Shown: positions 1 to 13,437 of the stretch, one piece after another
Layout: every line of letters begins with the position of its first letter
How positions within the stretch are numbered: position 1 is the first letter of the stretch
NCBI GenBank assembly: GCA_951406725.2
Contig: OX597829.1
Location: 45,880,001 to 45,944,000, forward strand
Origin: Octopus vulgaris
Taxonomy: Eukaryota
Reading direction: 5' to 3'
DNA: 64,000 bases
Made by a program: the position numbers and the translations under genes
The notes under the pieces: model-generated
Database searches by the model: none
What the model saw: the letters and a program-made list of their open reading frames with translations, nothing else
What the model was told of the DNA's origin: nothing

Positions 1-469
1 TTGTGGCAGGAGTGATTCTCCTGGTTCCCCCTTTTTTATTATGTCTGCAAGTGAACTAAACAGAAGAGGAAAAACAGGTTGAATAGAAAAGTCGCTGAAG
101 AGGTCACAGATGTGCTACGAAAGATTTCCAGACAATGGATATAAGATAAAATAAGAACAATAATAAACGAGTGTTTTCATTTTGTTCATTGATATGTATG
201 TTGTAATAGAGACATATAAGTAGTCAAACGAACATTAGAAGAACTATGTGCCATGTGGTTTTAATAACTAGATGAATGAATCGACCCCAGTAAGTGATTT
301 TAAAGCCTGGTACTTACTCCATCGGTCACTTTTGTCGAACCACTGAGTTACGGTGACGTAAACAAACCAATATCTGTTGTCAAGCGGTGGTGGGTGACAA
401 ACAGACACAAATACACTCAAATACACATGCATGCACACACACACACACACGCGTGCGCGCGCATATATT

Positions 470-661
470 AGCTCCTACACGCATTTTTTCTCTCCTTTTT
501 TTTTTCTCCTTGTTTCTTTTCTGTGTATCTTTCTGTCGAAGAGCGTAGGCTCGAAACGTAAAAGACTTGTTCTATTTCTATTCCTGACCGCCATACTAAT
601 ACAATTGTTTGTTTGTAGTCCACCTGCCTTCGTCTTTTGTTTATTTTTGTAAACCTTCCGG

Positions 662-663
<2 letters not shown>
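470..663 (+). mobile_element. Penelope-like terminal-repeat fragment carrying a minimal hammerhead motif
   Basis: Near-identical to 8045-8236; contains tcttt-CTGTCGA-a-GAGC-gtag-GCTC-GAAA-CGT-A-aaaga; sits within microsatellite. Confidence 0.65.
528..565 (+). ncRNA. minimal type I hammerhead-like ribozyme motif (A6U core variant)
   Basis: Stem I tcttt/aaaga, core CTGTCGA, stem II GAGC/GCTC, GAAA, palindromic stem III ACGT, triplet GUA. Confidence 0.55.
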
Positions 664-693
<30 letters not shown>

Positions 694-774
694 CGGGCTT
701 CTTTCAATCTTCGTCTCCCAAATACACTCACATGGCTTTGGTCGGCCCGAAACTGTGGTAGAAGAGACATATAC

Positions 775-1160
775 ATGTGGCTCTGTGATAGAAGCTTGCT
801 TCCCAACCACGTGGTACCGGGTTCAGTTCCACTGCGTGGGACCTTGGGCAAGTATCTTCTACTATAGCCTCGGGCCGACCAAAATCTTGTGAGTGGATTT
901 GGTAAACAGAAACTGAAAGAAACCGTCGCATATATATATATATATATAATATATAATATTGGTGTGTGTGTGTGTAAGTCTTTGTGCCGCTTGGCGACCG
1001 GTGTTGGTGTGTTTACGTCCATGTAACTTAGCGGCTCGGCAAAAGAGATGCGATAGAATAAGTACTAGGCTCACAAAAATAAGTCCTGGAGTTGATTTGT
1101 TTGACTAAAGCCCTTCAAGGCGGTGCCCCAACGTGTCCACAGTCAAATGAATGAAACACA
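775..1160 (+). mobile_element. tRNA-derived SINE, dominant family
   Basis: A/B-box-like head (tggctctgtgata...gggttcagttcc), ccttgggcaagt core-like motif, internal microsatellite, 3' ggcggtgcccc...cagtcaaatgaatgaaac. Confidence 0.85.
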
Positions 1161-1876
1161 CACACACACGCACCCACATTTCAACAATAAAACTAGAATA
1201 TTATTAATGAAAGCTTTGTTAATAGTAAAATACAGATCTAACATTTACAGTTCTCTAGAGATGAACGAGTAGTCAGATCTCGATCAAAACAAGCAGGAGT
1301 CAACGGATAAATATTGTCATTTCAACTTTGATGCTTCTCCCTTCAATCACAGCACCATTCCTAATGTAACCTTATCGCCTACTACACAAATATTCAATTA
1401 AAACGTCAGTAACAGTACTAAAATCATTCAGAAGACGAGACCCAGAGGTCGAAAAATGTAAATAAATTATTGCTCTGGTTTCATCAAGAGTATATATATC
1501 CAAATTATGATTTCTGTTAGATTTAACGATATTAATAACCTGCTGTCAGAACTCAAAATACTTATGTTTGAGAGTAAAGCGTCAGGAGAGTACGGAGCGG
1601 AATGTTAATTAATAAATGGCAAAAGAATAGGAGTTAGGTGTTCACTTTCATTAGCTTGCAGCTGTTTCTGCTGTAATATGCATTGCGCTCAGAGCTGAGT
1701 GCTTCTGCGACATCTTATAATCTTAGAGATTAAGAAGTGTATGGTTATTGCTGAAAGCATTTAAATTCAAAGTTAGTTACCTGTAGAACCATATATATAA
1801 TATTATACGGCTGGAGGAAGAGAAATTTCCGCCTAATGATAACTACGTATATCTACATATATATCTTTAAATCAAA

Positions 1877-2093
1877 ACACATACACACACACACACACTC
1901 ACACACTCTCTCACACACACACACAAACACACATGCACGCATACAAGCGAGCGCTGTCATACATAAATGTACACGTACAAAGAGATAAGAACAGACAAAT
2001 ATGCACAAACGTGTCTTCGTATCTACACTCATGAATAGAAATGCAGCCTACACATACACACAGACACACACACACACATGTATACACATATGT

Positions 2094-2128
<35 letters not shown>

Positions 2129-2141
2129 TAGATGGGTAGAG

Positions 2142-2189
<48 letters not shown>

Positions 2190-2269
2190 GGATAGATAGA
2201 TATATGTATGTATATATATGTACATAGATATATGTGTATATATATATTTATTTATATCTATATATATGC

Positions 2270-2301
<32 letters not shown>

Positions 2302-2910
2302 ATATTTATATATACATACAAATATACACATTTCTGTGTATATTTGCACACATACACACACACACACACACATACACACACGCATATATATATATATACA
2401 GAAAGACAAGTACAAAGATGTGTATGCTTGTGTGCGTGTGTGTGTGTCTGTAAGCGCATGCGCAGTTACATAGACACAGACATACACACGAAGACACCTA
2501 CAAATGAATCTACGGACGTATACACGTATATTATATAAGTATGTATGTATGTATGTATGTATGTATGTATGTATGTATGTATGTATGTATGTATGTATGT
2601 ATGTATGTACGTATGTGCGTGTGAATGTGTATATATGTATGCATGTATGTATATGTATGATTCTTTCACTGTGTTGACCATTTTAAAACCATCGAACTGA
2701 GACCATTTAGCAATTTCAAAGACTTGCTTATAATCATTTCCTTTCATTTCATTTTACGTAACTAGAGACATCGAAAAAGCTACGAACATTACGCAATATC
2801 ATTGCCATCTCCACTATAAATAAATCTGAATCTCTTTGTCTATTGTAAGAAATACATTTAAATGAAATCTTTGAAGTTGTGTGTGTGTATATATATATAT
2901 ATATATAGAC

Positions 2911-2974
<64 letters not shown>

Positions 2975-3018
2975 GTTGATATATTCACATATATGTGTAG
3001 AGATGTATATATAATGTG

Positions 3019-3056
<38 letters not shown>

Positions 3057-3156
3057 TATGCATAGCTCGTTATGTACGTGTATAAGCTCGTGTGCATGTA
3101 AGCATGTTTGTGTATATATGTAATTGTGTATATGTACGTACATATAAACATAGACA

Positions 3157-3211
<55 letters not shown>

Positions 3212-3560
3212 GTAAATATCTGTACATATATGTAGGTATGTATATGTGTGTGTGTTCATATATATATATATTTATATACACACACACACACAGATATATG
3301 TTCTTGCATATATTTACAGGCATAGATCAAAAGATACATACATTGATATACATACATGCGTATATATATATATATGTATATATGTATGTATATACATATA
3401 TATTTATATATATATATGTATATATATATATACACATATATATATGTATATATATATATGTATATATGAATATATACATGTATACATATATATGTATATA
3501 TATATATATATATACAAATATACATATATATATGTATATATGTATATATATATGTATATA

Positions 3561-3654
<94 letters not shown>

Positions 3655-3760
3655 CACACAGACACACATATCAACACACATGCTCGATGCCTACTTTGAT
3701 ATCAAGAAGATAATGCCCATCTATCTATCTATCTATCTATCCATCTATCTATCTATCTTT
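1877..3760. repeat. compound microsatellite tract (CA, TA, TAGA, TATG)
   Basis: Directly visible simple repeats; explains the overlapping YIYI/HTHT ORFs. Confidence 0.95.
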
Positions 3761-4016
3761 ACAAATGCTGTCAATTGCTAACACAATTAGTATCCAAAGA
3801 ATGTTGATTAATTAACGTTTGAATTTTACCTTAAACAATGTTTCGTCGGCATTCACCAGCGATAATTTCCGATAAAATCAAATTACTATCAATCGTTAAC
3901 GATTGCCAAAAGCTTCGGTCTACTTAAACTTCTCTGGGATTGACAGCAAACTCGATTCAATAAAACCTATCTCGCAAGACTAGTTAAAACAACTGCAGAT
4001 TCACTGCGTTACTATC

Positions 4017-4019
<3 letters not shown>

Positions 4020-4100
<81 letters not shown>
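4020..4100. repeat. (TTA)n microsatellite
   Basis: Perfect trinucleotide run. Confidence 0.95.
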
Positions 4101-4404
4101 GTTGGTTGTAGTAGTAGTTGTTGCAGAAGTTTTCAGATATTTACGATATTAAGTTTTTGTTTTGTTTATGGCCGCGAAAGATGAAGTATGGCGCTGAGAA
4201 ATTGCGAAGCATATAGTCTTGGGTGCTCGTATGCTTGCATGCTTGCATGCTTGTAAGCGCTGTGCATGTATGCATATGTTTATCCATGTACATATATATA
4301 ATAAGTATGTTTGAATATCATATATGTATGATATATATATATATATATCATATATGTATGATATATATATATATATATATATATATATCATACATATATG
4401 TATA

Positions 4405-4703
4405 CTAGCAGTATCGCCCGGCGTTGCTCGGGTTTGTAAGGGAAATAACTATATAAGCATTTTTAGAGAGTTACTTCCCTTATATAATAGCAAAAAATGC
4501 ATTAAAAATGGGAAAAAATGGTGGTAATTATTTTTAAATCGTAGACTCATCATAGACGCGCGCTAATACCCCGAAGGGCTCGATATGAATCACGACTATA
4601 AGATACCCGCTTTTGGTTACACTGCACCGCAAAATGTGGGGGTAGTTAGGAATTTAAATCGTAGGATACAGACAGCACACAACTTCACTTTTATATATAA
4701 AGA
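4405..4703 (-). mobile_element. non-autonomous Helitron
   Basis: On the minus strand: 5' A|TCtttatatataaaag and 3' cccgagcaacgccggg hairpin followed by CTAG|T; inserted between A and T with no TSD; second copy at 49577-49976. Confidence 0.8.
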
Positions 4704-4991
4704 TATGTATATATATGTATATATATATGTCGTTTACTATTTACTTTCCCTCTTTCTGTATCCATACACATACACACATTGCTTACAGAAAACAGAGTAG
4801 CTACGACTTCGAAGTTCCAGATGTCTCACGAGTTGTTGTTGTTGTGGCGTGTTTGTGTGTCTATCTGTTGTATATGTGTATGTGTATGTGTGTGTGTTTG
4901 TGCTTATGCGTATGTGAATGCTTGTGAATTTTCATACGCATACATATATACGTATCTCTGTCTCTTCTCTGTCTCTCTCTCTGTCTCTCAG

Positions 4992-5023
<32 letters not shown>

Positions 5024-5078
5024 CATATACTTATATATATGAGTGTGTATTTATATATATATGTGTGTGTATGTATAC

Positions 5079-5117
<39 letters not shown>

Positions 5118-5120
<3 letters not shown>

Positions 5121-5265
5121 ATCAAACAACGCGAGGACGTGGAACAAATATAGTATTATTGGGCGCTCAGGAAGGAATGGAAGAAAGAGGGTTTAACGTT
5201 TCGAGCGGAGCTCTTCGTCGTTAACATAGGAGAAGGAAAGATCCAGAGAAGGGAAAAAAATCGCC
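5118..5265 (-). mobile_element. Penelope-like terminal fragment with decayed hammerhead (5191-5225)
   Basis: Minus strand gttaacgacga-a-GAGC-tcc-GCTC-GAAA-CGTT-aaac, then ttcctgagcgcc.aataatac shared with the 470-663 family. Confidence 0.55.
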
Positions 5266-5385
5266 TTCGCGTTATAGCTAATTACTTGTCCAATGTGAAT
5301 AAATTTTCTTTATATAAATGCATAGATAAATGAGTATATGCTTAGAAAAACAGCACACTCACATTTCATACATATGTATACCACA

Positions 5386-5430
<45 letters not shown>

Positions 5431-5469
5431 CATATATACACACACGCACACACAGATATATATATATAT

Positions 5470-5602
5470 TGCAGCGCAGTCGATAGCGCGCTGAAATTCT
5501 AATTCAGAAGACACAGGTTCGAATGCTACCAGGAATGAGAATTACCATTTTTATAGTTCAGCCAAACAGCTGAAAATAAAAATGAAAATAAAATGAAAAA
5601 AG
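5470..5602 (+). mobile_element. short tRNA-derived SINE, decayed
   Basis: gcgcagtcgatagcgcgctg...ggttcgaatgc B-box-like head; 3' stem-loop ttcagc-caaaca-gctgaa followed by an (aaaat)-rich tail. Confidence 0.5.
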
Positions 5603-5646
5603 AAGTATCTATCTACCGGTCTGTCTGTCTGTCTATGTATGTATGC

Positions 5647-5742
<96 letters not shown>

Positions 5743-6079
5743 GTCTGTCTATCTGTCTGTCTGTCTGTTTGTCTGTCTATCTATCTATAGATGGAATTCA
5801 CAGAAACACAAAACAAAAGACGAAGACGGGTGTGTAAATATATACACACACCAATGTGTAGTACACACATAATTTACATGTAGAAGCATGGTGAAATTTG
5901 CTTGAAGCCTTTTGGAATGCATAGAAATAATGTACAATGGCTACAACCAATGTGCAGGCAAATATCATACGTTTGAAATATTTAATGAGTCGTAATATTT
6001 CGAGTAAAATGACCCCTCTTCTAATGTCTTAAGTGAGCAAGAGAAAACGAGAGGTAGTATTTTCAGTATGTTTTCATGC

Positions 6080-6189
<110 letters not shown>

Positions 6190-6497
6190 GGGTATCAAAT
6201 TAACACGTGCTGAGCGACGGGAATTTCAATCTAAACGCAGTGTTCCATGTGGCGTAGATATGAGTGCGAAGTATTGGGTCAAATATAGTCAATCTAGTGT
6301 CTATGAGGCACTGCATTGCTATAATATTTCCCAGCATTTTGATTCACTTAAAGCACACTTTTTCTCAAATGCTGCATCGCGGCACACGTCACCTTTTGAA
6401 CACTTCGTGGATAGAACTAGGACATCAACATAATGGATTTTTTTTCTCTCTCAATTTCTGTTTCTCTGTCTCTTTGCCTGTCTGTCTGTTTATCTAC

Positions 6498-6541
<44 letters not shown>

Positions 6542-7101
6542 TGTTTTCTTGAAAAGGGATATTTTACTCGAAAAATCACTAGTTAAATGATTTTACTGTC
6601 ACATTTCAGTACTTTTGTTATTGATATTATTGATGTCATTGCCGCAGATACAAATCCATGGCGATGACAGAATATTGGAAGAACAATCAATGAAGTCAAT
6701 AGTGAAAATATTGAAATGCAACAGCAGCAAGATGTATTTACGTATGTATGTATTTGTGTATATGAGTGTGTGTATATATAAATAAGTGTATGCATGAATA
6801 TATGTGTATATGCGTGCGTGTGCATGTATGCGAGTGTATGTGTGTGCGTATGTATAGATCGATAAATATCTAACAAATACATCGTTTTTTAAGTCCAGTA
6901 CATCCGTCTATGCTACAGAAAACAAACGTTCTCGATGCAATATACAAATAAATATATATTTACATAAATTCGGAATGTGATATGTAGAATTTATTGTACC
7001 AAAACAAAAAGAAGAAAAAACTGGTAAAATGGCAAATAAACTACGAACATAGATATTAAAACAAATATATAAATTCGACATTTATATCTTGTGTTTATAC
7101 A

Positions 7102-7198
<97 letters not shown>

Positions 7199-7479
7199 AC
7201 ACACACATATATATATGTATTTACATATATATGCATGTATGTCTTTATAGGTGCATATATGCACAATCACATCTCTTTATGTATGTACGTACGAACATAC
7301 GCTCAGACATTCATAGATTACATAGTCATAGTTATGTATACGACTATACATAAATGTATAAATGAACGTTTGTTTTATACACACGCATATGTATGTATGT
7401 ATGCATGAATACATACAAAACCCAACTATGAATATGCATACATGCGTGCGCAGTATGTGTTTTGTACAAATGTGTTTTG

Positions 7480-7513
<34 letters not shown>

Positions 7514-7857
7514 TCGTGTTTTTCTTTGTTTTTGCATGTGTGCGAAGCCAACGAACATGTATTTAAACAGAGAAATATTTGGTTTTTATTTATTACCGCT
7601 GGTGATTTAATAATGGTCATAAAATAAAACATCATTGCATCTTCTCAGACAAGTTTCACCCGCTACATATATCCGAAAATACCAAACAACAAAAATACCC
7701 CCAAATAAAGCATATGTACGCTCATAAACATTAATTCAGTATGAACTTGCAAAGATCTCCAGTAATTGCAGACCATAATCTGATTCTATATATTGACTAA
7801 TATAGTAGGGATAGTTGACGGAATCGGTTCCAGGTCTGTGGTATTTAAATTAGGGGT

Positions 7858-8015
7858 AGTCGTGGCTTTGTGGTTAAGAAGTCCACCTTACAACAACGTG
7901 GTTTCGTGTTCAGTTCTTCTGCAAGACACTTTGGGCAAATGTCTTTCAGTCTAGCACCGGAACGAACAATGCCTTGTGAATGAATTTGGCTGAAGGAAAT
8001 TCTGTGGAAGCTCGT
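7858..8015 (+). mobile_element. SINE 5' half, dominant family, decayed
   Basis: cgtggctttgtggttaagaag...gttcagtt...tttgggcaaatgtctt...gccttgtgaatgaatttgg. Confidence 0.7.
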
Positions 8016-8044
8016 TTTATGTATGTATGTATGATAGATTGTTC

Positions 8045-8234
8045 GCTCCTACACGCATTTTTTTCTCGCCTTGTTTCTCTCCTTGTTTCTTTTCTGTGTA
8101 TCTTTCTGTCGAAGAGCGTAGGCTCGAAACGTAAAAGACTTTTTCTATTTCTATTCCTGAGCGCCATACTAATACATTTGTTTGTTTGTACTCCACCTGC
8201 CTTCGTCTTTTGTTTATTTTCGTAAACTTTCCCG

Positions 8235-8236
<2 letters not shown>
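8045..8236 (+). mobile_element. Penelope-like terminal-repeat fragment with minimal hammerhead motif (8101-8138)
   Basis: Near-identical to 470-663, including CTGTCGA-a-GAGCgtagGCTC-GAAACGTA. Confidence 0.65.
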
Positions 8237-8329
<93 letters not shown>

Positions 8330-8343
8330 CATTTATATATATA

Positions 8344-9190
8344 TACGATGTGGTATCAAAAGATTCCAGGACTAGTTCTGTATCGCGCCAACGGATGGTA
8401 GCACACGGTTGCGTGCGCAGTGAGACCTAGCAGTGATCTTCATGCGGTAGTATGCCGAGTGATATCGTTGTGTTTACTTCGCAAGTTGTGAAATTCGTGT
8501 TTTTGTGATCACGTGTATGCTGTAGTCTGAGATTTTGTCACGGTCAGGAACAAGGTGCTAACGTGAATTTTTTGCGTTAAACTTGGCAAGTCTGCTACAG
8601 AGACATAGGGTATGCTTCGGTAAGCTTAAAGCATTGAGGCAATGGGTCGTACGCAATATTTCGAGTGGTACGGGCGCTTAAAAAGGCACGAAAAACCCGC
8701 AGCTCAATCAAGATCATCGTTTTTTTTTTACATCATCCGTGGTATTGTGCATCGAGAACTCGTCACCCAGAGCCAGACTGTCAATCGAGAGTTCTCTTGC
8801 AATGATTTGAGGCGACTGAGGGAGAACATTTGGCGAAAGCAACCGGATCTGTGGGAAGCGAAGAATTGGATTCTTGACGACCACAATGCATCCTGTCATC
8901 GAGATCTCCTCGCTCGTGAGTTTCTCGTCAAAAACAACTTGGTATCGCTCTGCACCCGCTCTATTCGCCAGATTTAGCACCTCCAAACTTCCGTCTTCCC
9001 CCCATGGTGGAAATGCAACTCAAAGGTAACCGTTTTAACACCGTTGTCGAGACCAAGAGCGAATCACAGAAGTTCCTCGATTCGCTTGCGGGAAATGACT
9101 CCTACGCAAGATGGCTATTTCGAAGGAGATGATGTAAAACAGGTAAAGTTGTTTTTTTTATACCAAACATAACTAATTCGGGAAAATTAT
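8344..9190 (+). mobile_element. mariner (Tc1/mariner) DNA transposon, internally deleted and decayed
   Basis: ORF 8642-8977 resembles mariner transposase (RTQYFEWY..; FF.IRGIVHRE..QTVNREF..LRRLRENI.RK.PDLW; decayed HDNA and YSPDLAP equivalents); TIR-like tacgatgtggtatcaaaag..ggactagtt at left with a partial inverse near 9171-9190. Confidence 0.75.
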
Positions 9191-9199
9191 ATTATATAT

Positions 9200-9640
9200 A
9201 TAGAAAGGTGTGCTAGGAATCTTAATCCTAATTTCCTAATTTCCCCTTCTATCAATGTTCACAGAACACCTCAGTACAACAAAAAATAAATAAAGAGGCA
9301 ACTTTCATCAATAAATATCTTCCACACTCAATATGAACACATAACATAATACAGAACACTAGAAACTTTTCAATGAATACAACTAACCCCCATACATGCC
9401 ATACACCATTCACATTACAGATCTATATCTACCCTAATTGTATCAAATCCCGAACTACTTACTTCCCTTACACATAATCTTTTTACTCCCGATATATATA
9501 TATCGGTGAGCATTCAAAGCAGTGATCAGTAATTTTACGAAACCGGTATGCTTTTGAATCTCTTTAACAATTCACAATAATGACTTTTATTACTTTTATT
9601 CCTACCTCTGTTCATCTAATTGTATATATCTACCACTACC
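9200..9640 (+). mobile_element. probable Penelope-like 3' remnant containing a hammerhead motif at 9513-9558
   Basis: ttcaaagca-GTGATCA-gtaattttac-GAAA-CCGGT-A-tgcttttgaa; palindromic stem III typical of PLE hammerheads; boundaries uncertain. Confidence 0.45.
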
Positions 9641-9839
9641 TTTCATAAAAAGCCTTTACTTTTTTGATTTCCAATGTGCATTTTTCACTTATTTTTCTTC
9701 TTACTTTCCCCTTACATTTCCACGAGTTGATTCTATTTTCTTTTTGTAACATATTTCTATTATATATATATACATACATATGCATGTATGTCTGTGCGCA
9801 TGTGTTTATGCGCTCGCATGCGAGTTTTCTACTTGTCTC

Positions 9840-10035
9840 GTTATCGCTTGACAACAGATATTGGCTTGGTCATGTCCTTGTAACAAAGTGGTTTGGCAAA
9901 AGAAACCGACAGAGACCAGACTTTTTTGAGTTTTTTTTTAATAATTACTAGGATTGTTTTGTTGGACTAAACACTTCAAGGCGATACCTCAGCATGGCCT
10001 CGATCCCGTTGACTTAAACGAGCAAAAAAAAAAAG
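9840..10035 (+). mobile_element. SINE 3' half, dominant family, decayed
   Basis: cgcttgacaac...ttggcaaaagaaaccga...ggcgatacctcagcatggcc. Confidence 0.65.
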
Positions 10036-10439
10036 ATGAGAAAACAAAGATAATGAAATTAGGCAAAAACCGGGGCTGAGTACAGTCGCAAACTGAAAGA
10101 AAGAACTCTAACACATTAGTATAACATAGATTTAAGCATTATCCACAGCAACCCAGCTGCAGCAGCAGGAACATTGTTTCTAATAGTAGTTGCCGAGATA
10201 CATGCAGATATATTCATATCTTCACAGAAAACCCCTACGAACACAGACATGCCTATACACATACACGTCTTAGTTATGCACATCCAAGAATGCGATAGTT
10301 CAATAAAGAACTCAATACATCTAAGGTGTGCAGTGTTTACAGTCATCTGTTATTGACATCTGATCTTATAGAATGCGACACCGATCTTTTTAATCGCTGT
10401 GTCGGGAATGGAACTTGCTTAGTGGATGCAAACCCAGGT

Positions 10440-10780
10440 CCTTGGGCTGACCAAAGCCTTGTGAGTGGATTTGATGGATGGAAACTGAAAGAAATCCGTC
10501 ATATGTGTGTGTGTGTGTATGCGTGTGTGTGTATGTGTGTGTGTGTGTGTATGTGTGTGTGCATGTGTGTGTGTGTTTGTGTGTGAGTTCGTCACCCCAA
10601 CATCGCTTGACAGAGCCGATGTTGGTGTGTTTACGTCCCCGTAACGTAGCGGTTCGGCAAAAAAACCCCGATAAAGTGCTAAGCTTACAGAGAATAAATC
10701 CCGGGGTTGATTTGTTCGACTAAAGGCGGTGCTCCAGAATGGCCGTAGTCAAATGACTGAAACATGTAAAGGAGAGTAAA
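10440..10780 (+). mobile_element. SINE, dominant family, 5'-truncated
   Basis: gaccaaagccttgtgagtggatttg...ggcggtgctccagaatggccgtagtcaaatgactgaaac. Confidence 0.8.
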
Positions 10781-11165
10781 GTCTTATTGTTTTTATTATT
10801 ATTATTATTTTTGTTCTTTGTTCTTTGAGAAGAATCCTAACTTCACGTTACTTTTGACAGATCACTTTTTTACGCACAGTTTTCTAAACCTGCGCAAAGT
10901 AAATAAGAGGTGGAAATTTTGATTTTGCACCCCACAAAAATTTTAAGAGGTGAGATTGCAATCCCCTGCACCCCTGTTCCCGAGCACATGATTTTAATAT
11001 GTTTCCACATTAAAACGTTTCGAAAAACGTCTGAAGCTATTTTGGGAACACGCTGGACACGGTTCACGTGCAGTGAGACGAGCTATCCATGAATAAATCT
11101 AACAGGGTGATCAGAAAGTGATAGAAATACTTTCTAGCCCGTTCTCATACATATCTACTTACTTG

Positions 11166-11197
<32 letters not shown>

Positions 11198-11274
11198 CTA
11201 CCTACCTACCTACCTACCTACCTACCTACCTACCTACCCACCTTCTGTTGTCTGCTTCTCTGTTTGTCTGTCTG

Positions 11275-11366
<92 letters not shown>

Positions 11367-11701
11367 CCTACTTACCTTAAGCGTAAATCTGTGACCAAAA
11401 GAGACAACGAGAGGTAAGGCGACTTACTCATGTGTTCATTTTCGAACTGTCTGAGGTGACCTTCGTCTTTTTTGTAGGTTTTTCTTTCCAGTGCTACACC
11501 TAAACTGTGAACTTTATTTATATATATATATATATTATATTTTTATACACCACACAACCCACAGATCCCTATTGATCGAATGTTTTTTCTTTTTTTTTTT
11601 CTTTGTATGTCCCACCCATCCCACCTCGAAAAGAAAAAACTCTACATTGTATTTCGTCCATTTTTATTCAGTGTTTAACCCTGTGTGGCCACAATAAAAA
11701 G

Positions 11702-11774
<73 letters not shown>

Positions 11775-12465
11775 AATCTATCTATCTATCTATCTATCTA
11801 TCTGTCTATCTATCTTTATAAATATATGTGTACGCTTGTGTGTGCCATTGTGATGAGCTTTTGAAACTACACACACACATACGCACACACACACACACTC
11901 ACACACAAACACATTCATGCAGACATACATACATACATACATTTTCTCTCTTACTCTCTCTCATTCTTTCTTCCTCTCTCTCTCTCTCTCTCTCTTTCTA
12001 TTCAAAATTTTATTGAGACAATAGAGAATTTGTATCATGTCTGAAAAAAAAAATAAAAAAACGTATTACAAAAAAAAAAATAATAATAAAATCAAAAGTG
12101 AGAACTTTTCCAGCAGAAAGCAATATCTTGAACCGAATAAAAAGAAAGAAAAAGGAGACCTTAGTTACATATAAGAATAGTATTTTATTAGATTAGAGGA
12201 ACCAGTTCTCTTCTAGTTTCAGATGACGATCATAATTGTATGAAAAATTTAAATAAAATATTCATAATCTTTGGAAGACTACCAAAAATCGATGAGGAAA
12301 TTTGGAAGAGGAGGCATAAAGATGGCAGATTGGGTGTTTTCCAATCAAAGAGTTGAACCACGGCTTCTCTAAAATAACGATACCGTGGCTGCATGGCCGA
12401 CGGGTTTCCTTTGCAACCTTGTGGTTCCGAGTTTAAGAATTATATATATATATATATATATATAT

Positions 12466-12694
12466 ACTCTTTTACTCTTTACTCTTTTACTTATTTCAGT
12501 CATTGTGACTGCGGCCATGCTGGAGCATCGCCTTTAGTCGAGCAACTCGATCCCGGGACTTATTCCTTTGTAAGCCCAGTACTTATTCTATCGGTCCCTT
12601 TTGCCGAACCGCTAAGTGACGGTTGACATAAACACACCAGCATCGGTTGTCAAGCAATGCTAGGGGGAAAAACACACCCACACAAACACACACA

Positions 12695-12746
<52 letters not shown>

Positions 12747-12918
12747 TATATATGACGGGCTTCTTTCAGTTTCCGTCTACCAAATCCACTCACACAAGGC
12801 TTTGGTCGGTCCGAGGCTATAGCAGAAGACACCTGCCCAAGATGCCACGCAGTGGGACTGAACCCAGAACCATGTGGTCGGTAAACAAGCTACTTACCAC
12901 ACAGCCACTCCTGCGCCT
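12466..12918 (-). mobile_element. SINE, dominant family, full length
   Basis: Complete head-to-tail match on the minus strand with (aaaagagt)n tail. Confidence 0.9.
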
Positions 12919-12920
12919 AT

Positions 12921-13390
12921 TATTATATTATTATATTTGATTATATATAAATTACTTACATGTCTGCATTAAAGCAAATTCAACCCCTCCCCCACAAAAA
13001 AATCTTTCAAACTAATGCAGAATTGAAGCTACGTCCTCAGGTGAATGAAAGTCTTTGTTAAATATTAAATTCTCGACGTAACGTTACAAGAACGCAAAGG
13101 GAATTTTAGTAATATAATTAAAAAGTAATTAAAAAAAATAAACGATACATTTATTACTAAAAATTTAGAAAATAAAAAGATCGTAAATATAGAGAAAAAA
13201 AAATAATAAGATTACTTTTATTTAGCTTTAGTTTGTTGTTAATATTATTATTATATTATTTCTTTGTTTTTACGATCTTTTATTTTCTAGATTTTTATTG
13301 TACTAATTATATCTACAAGTTACATTTTAATTATATTACTAAAATTCCCTTCCATTTATTAGACAATCGTCTTATCATTTTATATCAGTC

Positions 13391-13437
<47 letters not shown>

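Larger units (their letters stand above)
285..770 (-). mobile_element. tRNA-derived SINE (dominant family, internal TA/TG microsatellite), decayed, interrupted by a Penelope-type insert at ~470-663
   Basis: Reverse complement matches the family body (tagcctcgggccgaccaaagccttgtgagtggatttggtagacggaaactgaaagaagcccgtc ... cgcttgacaac...tttacgtc...gttcg) seen in about 17 copies in the window. Confidence 0.75.

Noticed and set aside
468-1074. Recurrent ORFs such as FSFRLPNPLTR..SRRHLPKVPRSGTEP and [13 protein letters not shown]
   Set aside because: Translations of the dominant SINE, not a protein family.
1425-1465. gacc-caga-ggtc-GAAA stem II-like motif (also ~1655-1695 on the minus strand)
   Set aside because: Core CUGANGA is absent or too degraded to call.
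1911-3781. Many overlapping ORFs ([16 protein letters not shown])
   Set aside because: Stop-free translations of microsatellites; the same applies to ORFs at 30814-33431, 41722-42430, 46160-46699 and 50351-51987.
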